A stretch of DNA of 51,958 bases. Source: Candidatus Hadarchaeum yellowstonense. GTDB lineage: Archaea > Hadarchaeota > Hadarchaeia > Hadarchaeales > Hadarchaeaceae. Made by a program: the position numbers and the translations under genes. Below, piece by piece: positions 9,109 through 18,430 of this stretch. Numbering within the stretch: the first letter of the stretch is position 1; every line of letters begins with the position of its first letter. Location: positions 1 through 51,958 of the forward strand of contig LQMQ01000039.1 in NCBI GenBank assembly GCA_001515205.2, given 5' to 3'. Below the pieces are notes generated by a model. The model saw only the letters and a list, made by a program, of their open reading frames with translations. It was not told where the DNA came from and made no database searches.

Positions 9109-10044
9109 TTGCTGGCAGTTCTCTCCGGGGGCACCGGGACACCCAAGTTGCTTCAAGGGCTCGTCCGCCTGGTGAAGCAGGAGGAGCTGTCCATCATCGT
9201 CAACACGGGGGAGGATGTGGAGATCTCTGGCCTGTTTGTTTCCCCCGACATTGACACCGTCATGTACACGCTGGCAGGTATCGTCAACGAAGAAACGTGG
9301 TATGGCGTCAGGGGGGACACCTTTGAAGAACACGAGCGGCTCAGGAGGGAAGGCAAACCTGAGCTGCTCCGCATCGGTGACCGCGATCGCGAGGTCAAAA
9401 GACGACGCACCGAGCTCCTGAAAGAGGGCAGGACACTGTCAGAGGTCACCAGGATTCTCTGCCGCGATTTCCATGTTCTCGCCAACGTCATGCCGATGTC
9501 AGACGATCGGGTCAGAACGCTGATTTACACCGAAGCCGGCCCGATGGGCTTCCACGAATTCTGGGTCGCCAGGAGGGCCAAGGACCGAGTGACCTCCGTG
9601 GCCTTCGAGGGCGCAGCATCCGCGAGGCCTGCTCCCGGAGTTCTAGAAACCATCGAAAAAAGTGATGCCATCATCATCGGGCCCAGCAATCCGGTGACCA
9701 GCATTGGGCCAATCGTGGCGATCAAGGAGATAAGGCTGGCATTGCAAAGGGCCAGGGAAAAGGTCATTGCCGTCTCCCCGGTAGTCGGCGGCTCCCCGGT
9801 GAGTGGCCCGGCGGGGATTCTGATGAAGGGACTGGGCTATGAGGCCAGTCCGCTGGGGGTGGCAAAAATTTACCATGACTTCATCGGGGGGCTGGTGATT
9901 GACGACCGCGATAGGTCAATTGCACCCGAAATTGAAAAGTTGAACATAAGGGCCTTCACCACTAACCTGATGATGCCAGACCTGCCCTCAAGGGTCAACC
10001 TAGCGCGGACGGTCTTAACCCTGGCCGGGATAAGGCCAACCTAG
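9109..10044 (+). CDS. cofD: 2-phospho-L-lactate transferase
   Basis: LSGGTGTPKL, SPDIDTVMY, IGDRD, PMSDD, FHEFWV, IGPSNPVTSIGPI. Probable TTG start at 9109 after GGTGA. Confidence 0.95.
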   Translation: MLAVLSGGTGTPKLLQGLVRLVKQEELSIIVNTGEDVEISGLFVSPDIDTVMYTLAGIVNEETWYGVRGDTFEEHERLRREGKPELLRIGDRDREVKRRRTELLKEGRTLSEVTRILCRDFHVLANVMPMSDDRVRTLIYTEAGPMGFHEFWVARRAKDRVTSVAFEGAASARPAPGVLETIEKSDAIIIGPSNPVTSIGPIVAIKEIRLALQRAREKVIAVSPVVGGSPVSGPAGILMKGLGYEASPLGVAKIYHDFIGGLVIDDRDRSIAPEIEKLNIRAFTTNLMMPDLPSRVNLARTVLTLAGIRPT

Positions 10045-11150
10045 ATCAGTTCATAAGTCGTGGTCCGCTGCCGCGGGATCCTCCCCATCTCGAGAATAAG
10101 CCGCTCCAGCTGCTCCGCGCTCATGCTGTCCAGGCTCCCCCCGGCGGCTCTGGTGATGTGCTCCTCCATCAGCGTCCCGCCCAGATCATTTGCGCCCGCC
10201 CTGAGCATGAGCTGGGCGCCCCGGGGACCAAGCTTCACCCAAGAGGCCTGGATATTGTCCACGTAACCGGCGAGCATCAGCCGGGCCACCGCGTGCAGGC
10301 GCAGGCTCTGCACCAGGTTCGGCGCTGGCTCCAGCTTGAATTCCCTGCCCAAAGGGGTGTTCCGGGACATGAAGCCCAGCAGGACGAACTCCGTGAATCC
10401 CCAGGTCTCCTTCTGAATCTCGCGGATGATCGAGATGTGCTGGGCCAGCTCCAGCGGGGTCTCCACGTGGCCGTACATCACCGTGGCAGTCGTGGGCAAG
10501 CCGAGGCGGTGGCAGGTCTTTATCGTCCTGATCCACTGCTCGGTGGAGATCTTCTCCGGGCAGATTATCGACCTGACCCTGTCGACCAGTATTTCCGCCG
10601 CCGTCCCCGGAACTGAATTCAACCCCTCGCGCTTAAGGGCCTGGATCACCTCCTCAAGGCCCATGTTCTCCCTTTCCGCGATGTGGTTGATCTCGGAGGG
10701 AGAAAAGGCGTGAATGTGAATTTCCGGGGCCGCTCTCCTGATCGCGCGGAGTATCTGGAGGTAGTCCTCCAGCCTGAAATCAGGATGCAGACCTCCCTGC
10801 ACGCAGACCTCAGTAGCCCCGATTTCCAGCGCCTCGGCGACCTTGGCCTCTATCTGCTCCGGGGACAACACATAGGCTTCGGGGTCTCCGGGTGAACGGC
10901 GGAAGGCGCAGAACCTGCAACTGCCCCGGCAGATGTTGGTGAAGTTTATGTTTCTATTTTTAACATAAGTGACGATATCCCCGACCCTGCGCCTCCTCAC
11001 CTCATCAGCCACCTGGAGCAGCGCCTGCAACTTTTTACCTTCGGCCTGGAGAAGCAGCGCCCCCTCCTCCACCGTGAGCTCCTCGCCGGCAAGCGCGCGC
11101 TGCAGGATTTCACCGAACTTAGAGCGCCGCGGCACGGTAACCTTCTTCAT
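10041..11150 (-). CDS. cofH: FO synthase subunit CofH (radical SAM)
   Basis: NRNINFTNICRGSCRFCAF, PGTAAEIL, NIQASWVKLG, GANDLGGTLMEE. Confidence 0.93.
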   Translation of the reverse strand: MKKVTVPRRSKFGEILQRALAGEELTVEEGALLLQAEGKKLQALLQVADEVRRRRVGDIVTYVKNRNINFTNICRGSCRFCAFRRSPGDPEAYVLSPEQIEAKVAEALEIGATEVCVQGGLHPDFRLEDYLQILRAIRRAAPEIHIHAFSPSEINHIAERENMGLEEVIQALKREGLNSVPGTAAEILVDRVRSIICPEKISTEQWIRTIKTCHRLGLPTTATVMYGHVETPLELAQHISIIREIQKETWGFTEFVLLGFMSRNTPLGREFKLEPAPNLVQSLRLHAVARLMLAGYVDNIQASWVKLGPRGAQLMLRAGANDLGGTLMEEHITRAAGGSLDSMSAEQLERLILEMGRIPRQRTTTYELI

Positions 11151-12168
11151 CAGCAAGGTCGCGGACAAGCTCTCTCACCTCTTTTGACATGAACTTCTCC
11201 TCCCTCACGAAGCGGGGATATATGGGCAGCCTCTCCCTGGGTTTGCCTCCGGCCTGCTCTATGGCCGCCCGAAGCTGGGAGGCGCTGGGCCAGGGGCGAT
11301 CGGCATTGATGAAGTCAGGTGTGACTGGGGAAATGCCGCCAAAATCAGAGGCGCCCGCTGAGATCACCTCCGAAACAGCAACCACAAAGTCGGGGCTGCC
11401 CGGGGGAGTGATCTTGCCGTTGCGGCTCAGCAAGTTGGGCGGCACCTGAATGCTGGTGTCGGGCAGGATCGAGCGAGCGAGGGCCACCGTGCTCAACAGG
11501 GTGCCTTCGTCCGGCCTGCGCCACGAAGCCATCGGGGTGCCGGGTTTGGGGTCAAAGGGCTGAATGATTACCTCCTGGATGTGGCCGTAGCGCTCCTGCA
11601 GCTCCTTGATCTTCACCAGCGAACGAACGCGATCTTCCATGCTTTCGCCGATCCCAATCAGAATACCTGTGGTGAAGGGGATGTTAAGTCTACCGGCTGC
11701 CTCGATGGTTGCCAGCCGCAGCCTGGGGGCCTTCCCCGGGCTCCTCGAATGGGCTTGGAGTTCCGCGATGCTCTCGAGCATCAGCCCCATGCTGGCGTTG
11801 TAGCGACGCAGGCGACGCAGCTCCGACTCCTGGAGGACCCCGGCGTTCGTGTGCGGTAACAACCCGATCTCGAGCACCTGCCGGCAGAGGTCCACCAGGT
11901 AATCCACGGTGCTCCGATAACCGAACTCCTCAAGCTTTTCTCTGGCCTGCGGATGAACCTCAGGAAGCTCGCCGAGGGTGAACAGCGCCTCAGAGCATCC
12001 GGCCTCCTTTCCCCGTTGGGCCAGCGCCAGCACCTGCTGAGGCGACATGAACCAGGCGCCGTCACCGGGATCCCTCCTGAAGCCACAGTAAGCGCAGCGA
12101 TTGCGGCACATGTTGGTTAACGGTAGAAAGACATTGCGGGAGTAGCTGATCTCCCTCTGAAGCCGCAC
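11119..12168 (-). CDS. cofG: FO synthase subunit CofG (radical SAM)
   Basis: SYSRNVFLPLTNMCRNRCAYCGF, LLPHTNAG, SMGLMLE, FTTGILIGIGE, IQVPPNL, GGISPVTPDFIN. GTG start at 12168 after a GAGGTG SD; the ORF-track extension to 12741 is spurious. Confidence 0.93.
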   Translation of the reverse strand: MRLQREISYSRNVFLPLTNMCRNRCAYCGFRRDPGDGAWFMSPQQVLALAQRGKEAGCSEALFTLGELPEVHPQAREKLEEFGYRSTVDYLVDLCRQVLEIGLLPHTNAGVLQESELRRLRRYNASMGLMLESIAELQAHSRSPGKAPRLRLATIEAAGRLNIPFTTGILIGIGESMEDRVRSLVKIKELQERYGHIQEVIIQPFDPKPGTPMASWRRPDEGTLLSTVALARSILPDTSIQVPPNLLSRNGKITPPGSPDFVVAVSEVISAGASDFGGISPVTPDFINADRPWPSASQLRAAIEQAGGKPRERLPIYPRFVREEKFMSKEVRELVRDLADEEGYRAAAL

Positions 12169-12223
12169 CCCACCCACCTCGACACAACCATAAAACAGGG
12201 ATAACATAAAGGTGATTGTTACC

Positions 12224-12865
12224 ATGACCGTTTGGGCCATCATCCCGGTGAAGCGCCTGGACGCGGCGAAATCCAGCCTCGCCAGGGTCTTGAATCCCGC
12301 ACAGCGGCGATGGCTGGTGCTGGCGATGCTCGCCGACATGCTCCATGCCCTCAGCCAGGCCCCCTCCATCTCCGGAACCGCTGTCGTCTCCCAGGACGAG
12401 GAAGTGCTCGACTTCGCCCGCAAAAATGGGGCCACCGCCATCAGGGAGCAGAACCTCGGACTTAACGGTGCCTTCAGGCTGGCAATCAACCGCGTGGTCG
12501 AGTGGGGGGCAACGGCGGTGCTGCTGCTCCCTGGGGATCTGCCGCTGCTGAGGGCGGCCGATGTCGAAAATATCATCGCCATGGCCAGCGCCGCGCGTGA
12601 AGTAATCATTTCTCCCTCCAAGGCCAATGGAACCAACGCCCTTTTTCTCAGGCCCCCGGACGTCATGGAGCTAAAGTTCGGCGGTGAAAGCTTCCCCCTG
12701 CATGTGGCCGAGGCAGTCCGGGTGGGGGTCAAGCCCCGCATCTACCGGTCAACGACGGTGGCCTTCGACGTTGATGAGCCCGAGGATCTAATCGCAATGG
12801 AAAGTCTAGAAACCAGAAGCCAAACCCGTGAGTTCCTTCTCAGAACAAAAGCTGGCCGTACTTGA
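12224..12865 (+). CDS. cofC: 2-phospho-L-lactate/PEP guanylyltransferase
   Basis: AIIPVKRLDAAKSSL, GDLPLL, GTNAL, FGGESF..H, DVDEPEDL. Confidence 0.93.
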   Translation: MTVWAIIPVKRLDAAKSSLARVLNPAQRRWLVLAMLADMLHALSQAPSISGTAVVSQDEEVLDFARKNGATAIREQNLGLNGAFRLAINRVVEWGATAVLLLPGDLPLLRAADVENIIAMASAAREVIISPSKANGTNALFLRPPDVMELKFGGESFPLHVAEAVRVGVKPRIYRSTTVAFDVDEPEDLIAMESLETRSQTREFLLRTKAGRT

Positions 12866-13475
12866 AAATGAAATATGTCCCCAGTATTATCAGCAGCAGC
12901 GTGCAAAGGAAAAGGATCACCCGATAACCCCTGACGCCGATCACCCTTTTGCCCCTCACCACCGAGAACGAGACCAGCGAGAACCAAGTCAAGTCGGAGA
13001 GAAAGTGGCCGACGAGCCAGAGGACAACTCCGGCCAAAGAGGCGACCAGATAGGCCTCCATGATCGTGGCCACCCCGATCGTGGCCCACCAGAAGATAAC
13101 CGTCGGGTTCAACAGGGTGCTGTAGAGCACCCCTCCCAAGATAGGGTGGTGTTTCGTCGCCACCATCTTTTTGGGGGCTGACCTGTTTCTCAGCTTTGAA
13201 AACCCATCCAAACCGAGAACGATCAACATCAACCCGCCAAAGAGCCCGAATCCTGACTGAAAGGACCTCGCCTGCAGGATCACGCCCAGCCCCAGCGCAA
13301 TCAACGAAAGGATGACCAGCTCGACGAGCACGTGCCCGACCACGGCCAGGGGCCCGGTGCGTGCGCCATAGCTCGGAGACTTCGCCATGGTGTAGGCCAG
13401 CAGAGGACCGGGGATGAGCGACCCCGAAAGCCCGATGATGAAGCCGATCGGCAGCTGAATCAATGTTTGTATCAT
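12840..13475 (-). CDS. LysE family translocator
   Basis: [27 protein letters not shown] and several TM helices. Start ATG 13475. Confidence 0.88.
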   Translation of the reverse strand: MIQTLIQLPIGFIIGLSGSLIPGPLLAYTMAKSPSYGARTGPLAVVGHVLVELVILSLIALGLGVILQARSFQSGFGLFGGLMLIVLGLDGFSKLRNRSAPKKMVATKHHPILGGVLYSTLLNPTVIFWWATIGVATIMEAYLVASLAGVVLWLVGHFLSDLTWFSLVSFSVVRGKRVIGVRGYRVILFLCTLLLIILGTYFIFKYGQLLF

Positions 13476-13502
13476 TTTGTACCTTGATGAACTTAATAGC
13501 AC

Positions 13503-13517
13503 AAAGCTTATAAATAG
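13503..13517 (+). promoter_or_regulatory. Archaeal BRE/TATA promoter for trpB2 (divergent from lysE)
   Basis: AAAGCTTATAAATAG about 30 nt upstream of ATG 13546, with a GAGGTG SD in between. Confidence 0.55.
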
Positions 13518-13545
13518 CACGGTGCAATTAGAGGTGGTCGAAAAA

Positions 13546-14904
13546 ATGAAGCAGATGAAGTACCTTCTCGACGAGGAGGAAATTCCCAAGGCCTGGTACA
13601 ACATCCAGGCGGATCTGCCAACTCCGCTGGATCCGCCGCTTAACCCGGCGACCAAGGAGCCCATCCGGCCGGAGGATCTGGCCCGGATCTTTCCCATGGA
13701 ACTGATAAAGCAGGAGGTCAGCCAGGAGCGCTGGATTCCCATCCCTGAAGAGGTCCGGGATGTCTACAGGATCTGGCGCCCGACGCCACTCTACCGGGCG
13801 CTCAGGCTGGAGAAGGCGCTGAAGACTCCGGCGAGGATTTACTACAAGTGGGAGGGGGTCAGCCCGCCGGGAAGTCACAAGCCCAACACCGCCGTGGCCC
13901 AGGCCTACTACAACATGAAGGAAGGGGTGCAGAGGCTGGCCACTGAAACCGGTGCCGGACAATGGGGCAGCGCGCTAGCCTTTGGCACGATGCTTTTCGG
14001 CCTCAAGTGCACCGTCTACATGGTCAGGGTCAGCTACGATCAGAAACCCTATCGCCGTATCATGATGGAAACCTGGGGAGCCGAGTGCGTTCCCAGCCCG
14101 AGCAACAGAACCGAGTACGGCCGGAGGATCCTGAAGGAGGACCCGAACAACCCGGGAAGCCTAGGCATCGCGATTTCCGAGGCCATCGAGGATGCCGCCA
14201 CTCACGACGACACCAAATATGCCCTGGGCAGTGTCCTCAACCACGTGATGCTCCACCAGACGGTGATCGGCCTGGAGGCAAAGCGGCAGCTTGAAATTGC
14301 CGGTGATTACCCCGACGTGATCTTCGGCTGCGTTGGTGGCGGAAGCAACTTCTCCGGGCTGGTCTTTCCATTTCTCGCGGACAAGCTCTCAGGAAGGAAA
14401 CCCGAGCTTAGGGCCGTTTCCTGCGAGCCCAAAGCCTGCCCGACCCTGACCAAGGGGCCATACATGTATGACTTCGGCGACTCGGCGGCGATGACTCCGC
14501 TGCTGAAGATGTACACGCTGGGGCATTGCTTTGTGCCACCGCCGATCCACGCCGGGGGTCTGAGGTATCACGGGGATGCCCCGCTCCTCTGCAAACTCAC
14601 CCATGAAGGATACATGGAGGCCGTGGCCTATCACCAGACTGAAGTCTTTCAGGCAGCAAAACTCTTCGCGGAAACTGAGGGCTTTGTGGTCGCGCCGGAG
14701 ACCTCGCATGCTATAAAGGCGGTGATCGATGAAGCATTGAGGTGCAGGGAAACGGGGGAGGAAAAGGTGATCCTGTTCAACAACAGCGGGCACGGGCACT
14801 TTGACCTAGCGGCTTACGACGCCTTCCTGCGCGGCAAGCTCATCGACTACGAGTACCCGGAAAAACTGGTCCAAGAAGCGATAGCCAAGGTGCCGAAGGT
14901 CTGA
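13546..14904 (+). CDS. trpB2: Tryptophan synthase beta chain type 2 (TrpB2)
   Basis: [12 protein letters not shown] lysine motif [43 protein letters not shown]. Confidence 0.95.
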   Translation: MKQMKYLLDEEEIPKAWYNIQADLPTPLDPPLNPATKEPIRPEDLARIFPMELIKQEVSQERWIPIPEEVRDVYRIWRPTPLYRALRLEKALKTPARIYYKWEGVSPPGSHKPNTAVAQAYYNMKEGVQRLATETGAGQWGSALAFGTMLFGLKCTVYMVRVSYDQKPYRRIMMETWGAECVPSPSNRTEYGRRILKEDPNNPGSLGIAISEAIEDAATHDDTKYALGSVLNHVMLHQTVIGLEAKRQLEIAGDYPDVIFGCVGGGSNFSGLVFPFLADKLSGRKPELRAVSCEPKACPTLTKGPYMYDFGDSAAMTPLLKMYTLGHCFVPPPIHAGGLRYHGDAPLLCKLTHEGYMEAVAYHQTEVFQAAKLFAETEGFVVAPETSHAIKAVIDEALRCRETGEEKVILFNNSGHGHFDLAAYDAFLRGKLIDYEYPEKLVQEAIAKVPKV

Positions 14905-14916
14905 GGGGAAGAAGCC

Positions 14917-15147
14917 ATGCCGGTTGCCTTTGTGTTGATCGATGCCGATGTGGGCAAGATCCGCGAAATATTGAGCCAGCTCCGGAGAACCGAGGGCGTC
15001 GTCGAGGCCTATACTGTGGCCGGACCCCACGACATCGTGGCCAAGCTGCAGGCGGACAGGTTTGAGAAGGTAGCCGAAGCCGTGACCAAAAAGATCCAGC
15101 TGGTGGACGGAGTCAAGAACACCCTGACCCTGTTCGCCTTTGAGTAG
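14917..15147 (+). CDS. Stand-alone Lrp/AsnC ligand-binding (RAM) domain protein
   Basis: AFVLI...VVEAYTVAGPHDIVAKL...IQLVDGVKNTLTL. No HTH. Confidence 0.88.
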   Translation: MPVAFVLIDADVGKIREILSQLRRTEGVVEAYTVAGPHDIVAKLQADRFEKVAEAVTKKIQLVDGVKNTLTLFAFE

Positions 15148-15149
15148 GG

Positions 15150-15533
15150 GTGAAAATGCCGGTCGCCTTCATCCTCGTGGAGACCAAGCTGGGTCGGGTC
15201 GACGAGGTCCTGAACAGGCTGCTGCAGGTCGAGGAAGTCACCGAAGCCTACTCGGTGGCCGGGCCCTACGCCGTCGTGGCCAAGGTTGAAACCGATTCCT
15301 TTGAAAAACTGGTCAAAGTGATCCCGGAGAAGGTCCACACCATCGAGGGCATAACCAAAACCCTGACGCTAGTTGCCTTTGGGACCGGTAAGGAATTCAG
15401 GACCGACGCCTGCGACCTCGCGCTGGAGCTGGGCAGGCGCGGGGACATGGAAGGCCTCTACGCGCTCTGCCGGAGCTGCCGCCAGCTGAAGTACTGCGCC
15501 CACGGTGCCCGGGTGATCACCTACGGGATCTGA
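15150..15533 (+). CDS. Lrp/AsnC ligand-binding domain with a C-terminal Cys-rich extension
   Basis: Paralogous to the upstream gene (MPVAFILV...EAYSVAGPY...GITKTLTL), plus a tail C-x18-CxxC-x5-C-x-H. Confidence 0.85.
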   Translation: MKMPVAFILVETKLGRVDEVLNRLLQVEEVTEAYSVAGPYAVVAKVETDSFEKLVKVIPEKVHTIEGITKTLTLVAFGTGKEFRTDACDLALELGRRGDMEGLYALCRSCRQLKYCAHGARVITYGI

Positions 15534-15633
15534 AGCGGAAAAGTTCTAGCCAGCTGTCACCATCGGCCCCTGCTTCTCCAACTCTGAACGGCCTTGAAGC
15601 CGGCGGTTTAGTTCAGAAACAGACGCCGAAAAT

Positions 15634-15694
15634 GCCTCAGACCGCCCATCATCTAATCATCGACTTTCTCAGACGATGTCGTGACATCATTGGC
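15634..15694 (-). ncRNA. Box C/D guide sRNA; D guide complementary to 16S rRNA 1398-1408, predicting Cm1402 (E. coli numbering)
   Basis: Minus strand reads GCC-A-[AUGAUGU]-CACGACAUCGU-[CUGA]-GAAAGUCG-[AUGAUUA]-GAUGAUGGGCGGU-[CUGA]-GGC, giving C, D', C' and D boxes, a terminal GCC/GGC stem and 61 nt length. AAAGTTTTTAT promoter-like element about 25 nt upstream. Confidence 0.8.
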
Positions 15695-15799
15695 GATGAT
15701 AAATGATTGCTCCCAGGATAAAAACTTTACAACCCGCTGGCCTTCCAACCCCAACAGCAAAACTTTTCAACCACGGGAGAAGAGGAGTTTGCTGATACC

Positions 15800-16468
15800 A
15801 TGATTGCCATTCTGGGTGGAACGGGAGATCTGGGGCAGGGGCTGGCCATGCGCTGGGCGATGGCCGGCGAGAAGGTGATCATAGGCTCCAGATCTAAAGA
15901 AAAGGCCGAGAAGATCGCCCAGGAGCTGAGCGCAAAGATCGGCAGGACCATCCTCGGTGCAACCAATCTGGAGGCGACAAAAAGCGCCGACTTTGTCGTC
16001 CTGAGCGTCCCCTTCGAGGGCTGTGAAAAAATACTGGAGGAAGTGATGCCGGCACTCTCCCCGGATAAAATACTGCTGAGCGCCATGGTGCCGCTAAAAC
16101 AAACAGAGGGCCTGCTCACCTGCTATTCGCCACCGGCGGGATCGGCCGCTGAAACAGTTGCCCAGATCGTCGGCGGCCGGGCGCGGGTCTGCTCGGCGCT
16201 ACAAACGGTCGGAGCCCAAGAGCTGCAGAGAATCGACCATCCTCTGGAAGGTGATACCGTGGTCTGCGGCGACGATGCCCAAGCGCGGCGCCAGACCATG
16301 AGCTACGTGGAAAAAATTGCCAACCTTCGGGCCATCGACGGCGGCCGCCTCTGCAACAGCCGCCTCGTGGAACCGGTAACCGCCCTGCTCATCAAGTTGA
16401 CCGGGAGATACAAGGTTCCCGCCGTGGGCATCAAGTTCGTGGGGCTGGACAAGTCCCCCGGGCTTTAA
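15800..16468 (+). CDS. npdG: F420H2:NADP+ oxidoreductase
   Basis: IAILGGTGDLGQGLA.RWA, IGSRSKEKA, GSAAE, AIDGG.L.NSRLVE. Confidence 0.93.
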   Translation: MIAILGGTGDLGQGLAMRWAMAGEKVIIGSRSKEKAEKIAQELSAKIGRTILGATNLEATKSADFVVLSVPFEGCEKILEEVMPALSPDKILLSAMVPLKQTEGLLTCYSPPAGSAAETVAQIVGGRARVCSALQTVGAQELQRIDHPLEGDTVVCGDDAQARRQTMSYVEKIANLRAIDGGRLCNSRLVEPVTALLIKLTGRYKVPAVGIKFVGLDKSPGL

Positions 16469-16519
16469 AATTGCTGCTGTCCCTTGGGGAACCAGAAGGG
16501 GCCGGCCCAGCCGGTTAAA

Positions 16520-17734
16520 TTAATCTCCGAAAAGGGCATTCAGGATGATCTCAGGCTTGAACTCCACCAGGTCATCGTAGCCCTGCCCGGTGCCCAGAAA
16601 CAGGATGGGTTTTCCGGTGACCTGGGTTATTGAAAGGGCTGCCCCGCCCCGGGCATCGGCGTCCATCTTACACAGGATGGTTCCGGTGATGCCAACGGCC
16701 TGATCAAAGGTCTTGGCCTGCTCCACCGCGTCATTTCCCGTGAGGGCATCGCCGACGAAAATTACGGCGTCAGGCTTAGCCACCCTCACCACCTTCCTCA
16801 TTTCATCCATCAGGTTGACATCCGTCTGCATCCTCCCGGCGGTGTCAACCAGCACCACATCCAGCCCCCGGGCCTTGGCGTGGGCTATCGCATCGTAGGC
16901 CACGGCGGCGGCGTCAGAGCCCCTCTTCTGCTTCACGATGTTAACCCCCAAGCGCTCGGCGTGTATCTCCAGCTGCTCTATGCCTGCGGCGCGGAAGGTG
17001 TCCCCGGCCGCGAGCACGACCTTGTACCCGCGCTTGGTCAGATATCTGGCCAGCTTGGCAATGGTTGTCGTCTTGCCGTGACCGTTGATGCCCACGAAGA
17101 CGAAGACCGCCGGCTCCCCCTTTGCCCTCTTGGCCTCGATGATCTTGATCAGGTCAACCTCCTGCTTGCTCGTCAGCACCTCCTTTATGGCCTCGCGAAG
17201 GACCTCATCGGCCATCTTTTTCACATCTGTCCTCAGCCCTATTCTCCTGCCCACCAGACCCGCTTTCACCCGCTCCACTATCTGGTCGGCCACGGGGACA
17301 GCGACATCGCTCTCCAGCATGGCCACCTGAAGATCCCAGAGAATGTCTTCAATATCCTTGGCGGTTAACTCCCTGCCGGCCACCCGCTTGACCGCCCTGA
17401 TGAAGCCGCGCCTCGGCTTCTCGGGAAGGATAACCCCGGCCCGAGTCCCTTTTTCCGGCCCTTTCCCCGGCTCCGCGGCTTCCGCCCTCCCGGCCTCGGG
17501 CCTTTCCACCGCCGGCTCCGGTTTTTTCTCAACCACTTCAAAATGACTCTCCCGCGGCTCGGCCCCCTTGACCTCAGGCCGGGCTTCCTGACCGGCTTCA
17601 GCCATGACCTCAGGAAGCGGCTCCGCTCTGGCCTCGGCTGGGACCTCACGGGTTTCCTCAAGCGGCTCGGGAGCGACTTTTTTAGTAATGCGCTCCTTTA
17701 CCTGCTTCAGCTTCTGTTTAAGCTTCTCAAACAT
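16520..17734 (-). CDS. ftsY: Signal recognition particle receptor FtsY
   Basis: Acidic N-terminus, GINGHGKTTT, DTFRAAG, DTAGR, KMDADARGG. Confidence 0.97.
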   Translation of the reverse strand: MFEKLKQKLKQVKERITKKVAPEPLEETREVPAEARAEPLPEVMAEAGQEARPEVKGAEPRESHFEVVEKKPEPAVERPEAGRAEAAEPGKGPEKGTRAGVILPEKPRRGFIRAVKRVAGRELTAKDIEDILWDLQVAMLESDVAVPVADQIVERVKAGLVGRRIGLRTDVKKMADEVLREAIKEVLTSKQEVDLIKIIEAKRAKGEPAVFVFVGINGHGKTTTIAKLARYLTKRGYKVVLAAGDTFRAAGIEQLEIHAERLGVNIVKQKRGSDAAAVAYDAIAHAKARGLDVVLVDTAGRMQTDVNLMDEMRKVVRVAKPDAVIFVGDALTGNDAVEQAKTFDQAVGITGTILCKMDADARGGAALSITQVTGKPILFLGTGQGYDDLVEFKPEIILNALFGD

Positions 17735-17746
17735 CGGCGACGGCCT

Positions 17747-18193
17747 CTATTTACCGGTCGCTTCCTTCGCCTTAACCAACAGCCGCTCGGCCTCAGGTCT
17801 GATGGCCTCGATCCGCTCCTCGATCTTTCCCAGCTCTACCCGGGTCTGCTCGATGGCCTTTTCCACCTCCGCCACCCGGGCCTCCAAGAACTTTATCGCC
17901 TCTTCAGGGGTTCTCTCAACCATCACGTCGGCGCCCAGCCCCACCAGAACTCTGCCGTCTGGTGAAAGCTTGGCGGGGATGAAAGTGTCCGAGCCCAGCG
18001 GGACCAGAATATCTGTGGATGGCTGCAAGTCCTTGATGGCCTTGAGCGCGCCGACGGTCATGTTGAGTTCAGAGAGAGAACCAGCCAGGGCGGAGAGCTG
18101 CTGGCGCAACAGCTCCAGCACTGCCTGGCCGTCGTTCATCTCGGCCAGCAGGCGCTGCAGCCTCTCCCTCTCCTCTGCTTTCAAGGTCTCCAT
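17747..18193 (-). CDS. pfdA: Prefoldin alpha subunit
   Basis: Coiled coils flanking ILVPLG...VLVGLGADVMVE. Conserved operon position. Confidence 0.93.
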   Translation of the reverse strand: METLKAEERERLQRLLAEMNDGQAVLELLRQQLSALAGSLSELNMTVGALKAIKDLQPSTDILVPLGSDTFIPAKLSPDGRVLVGLGADVMVERTPEEAIKFLEARVAEVEKAIEQTRVELGKIEERIEAIRPEAERLLVKAKEATGK

Positions 18194-18199
18194 CTTCCC

Positions 18200-18421
18200 T
18201 CACTCCAGCATCGCCAGAACTCTCGGATCCGTTACCTCCTCAGGTTTAATTTCAGTGACCTCCTCTATATGGATTCTGTTTCGCGACAGCCCGTGCCGGC
18301 TACCCAGCAGGGAGTAAACTATTTCCAAGGCCTGCTTCTCCGACAGGGCCACCACCTCCCGGCGGAACTTCTGCTTGAAGAGGCCCTGCTTGAACCAGCC
18401 GCTGATCCTGTAGATCTGCAT
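18200..18421 (-). CDS. rpl18a: 50S ribosomal protein L18Ae (LX)
   Basis: YRISG..F.REV.A, YSLLGSRH.L.R..I.IEEV. Confidence 0.93.
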   Translation of the reverse strand: MQIYRISGWFKQGLFKQKFRREVVALSEKQALEIVYSLLGSRHGLSRNRIHIEEVTEIKPEEVTDPRVLAMLE

Positions 18422-18430
18422 GCGATCACC

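Noticed and set aside
12169-12741. Apparent 190-aa N-terminal extension of CofG (ORF 11119..12741)
   Set aside because: It is the antisense shadow of cofC. CofG homology begins at ~12168, where an SD and GTG are present.
13476-13742. Long N-terminal extensions and overlap of lysE and trpB2
   Set aside because: Homology starts at ATG 13475 and ATG 13546, and the intervening DNA holds the promoter.
17440-17680. Repetitive E/P/A-rich stretch in ftsY
   Set aside because: This is the ordinary low-complexity acidic N-terminal domain of FtsY.
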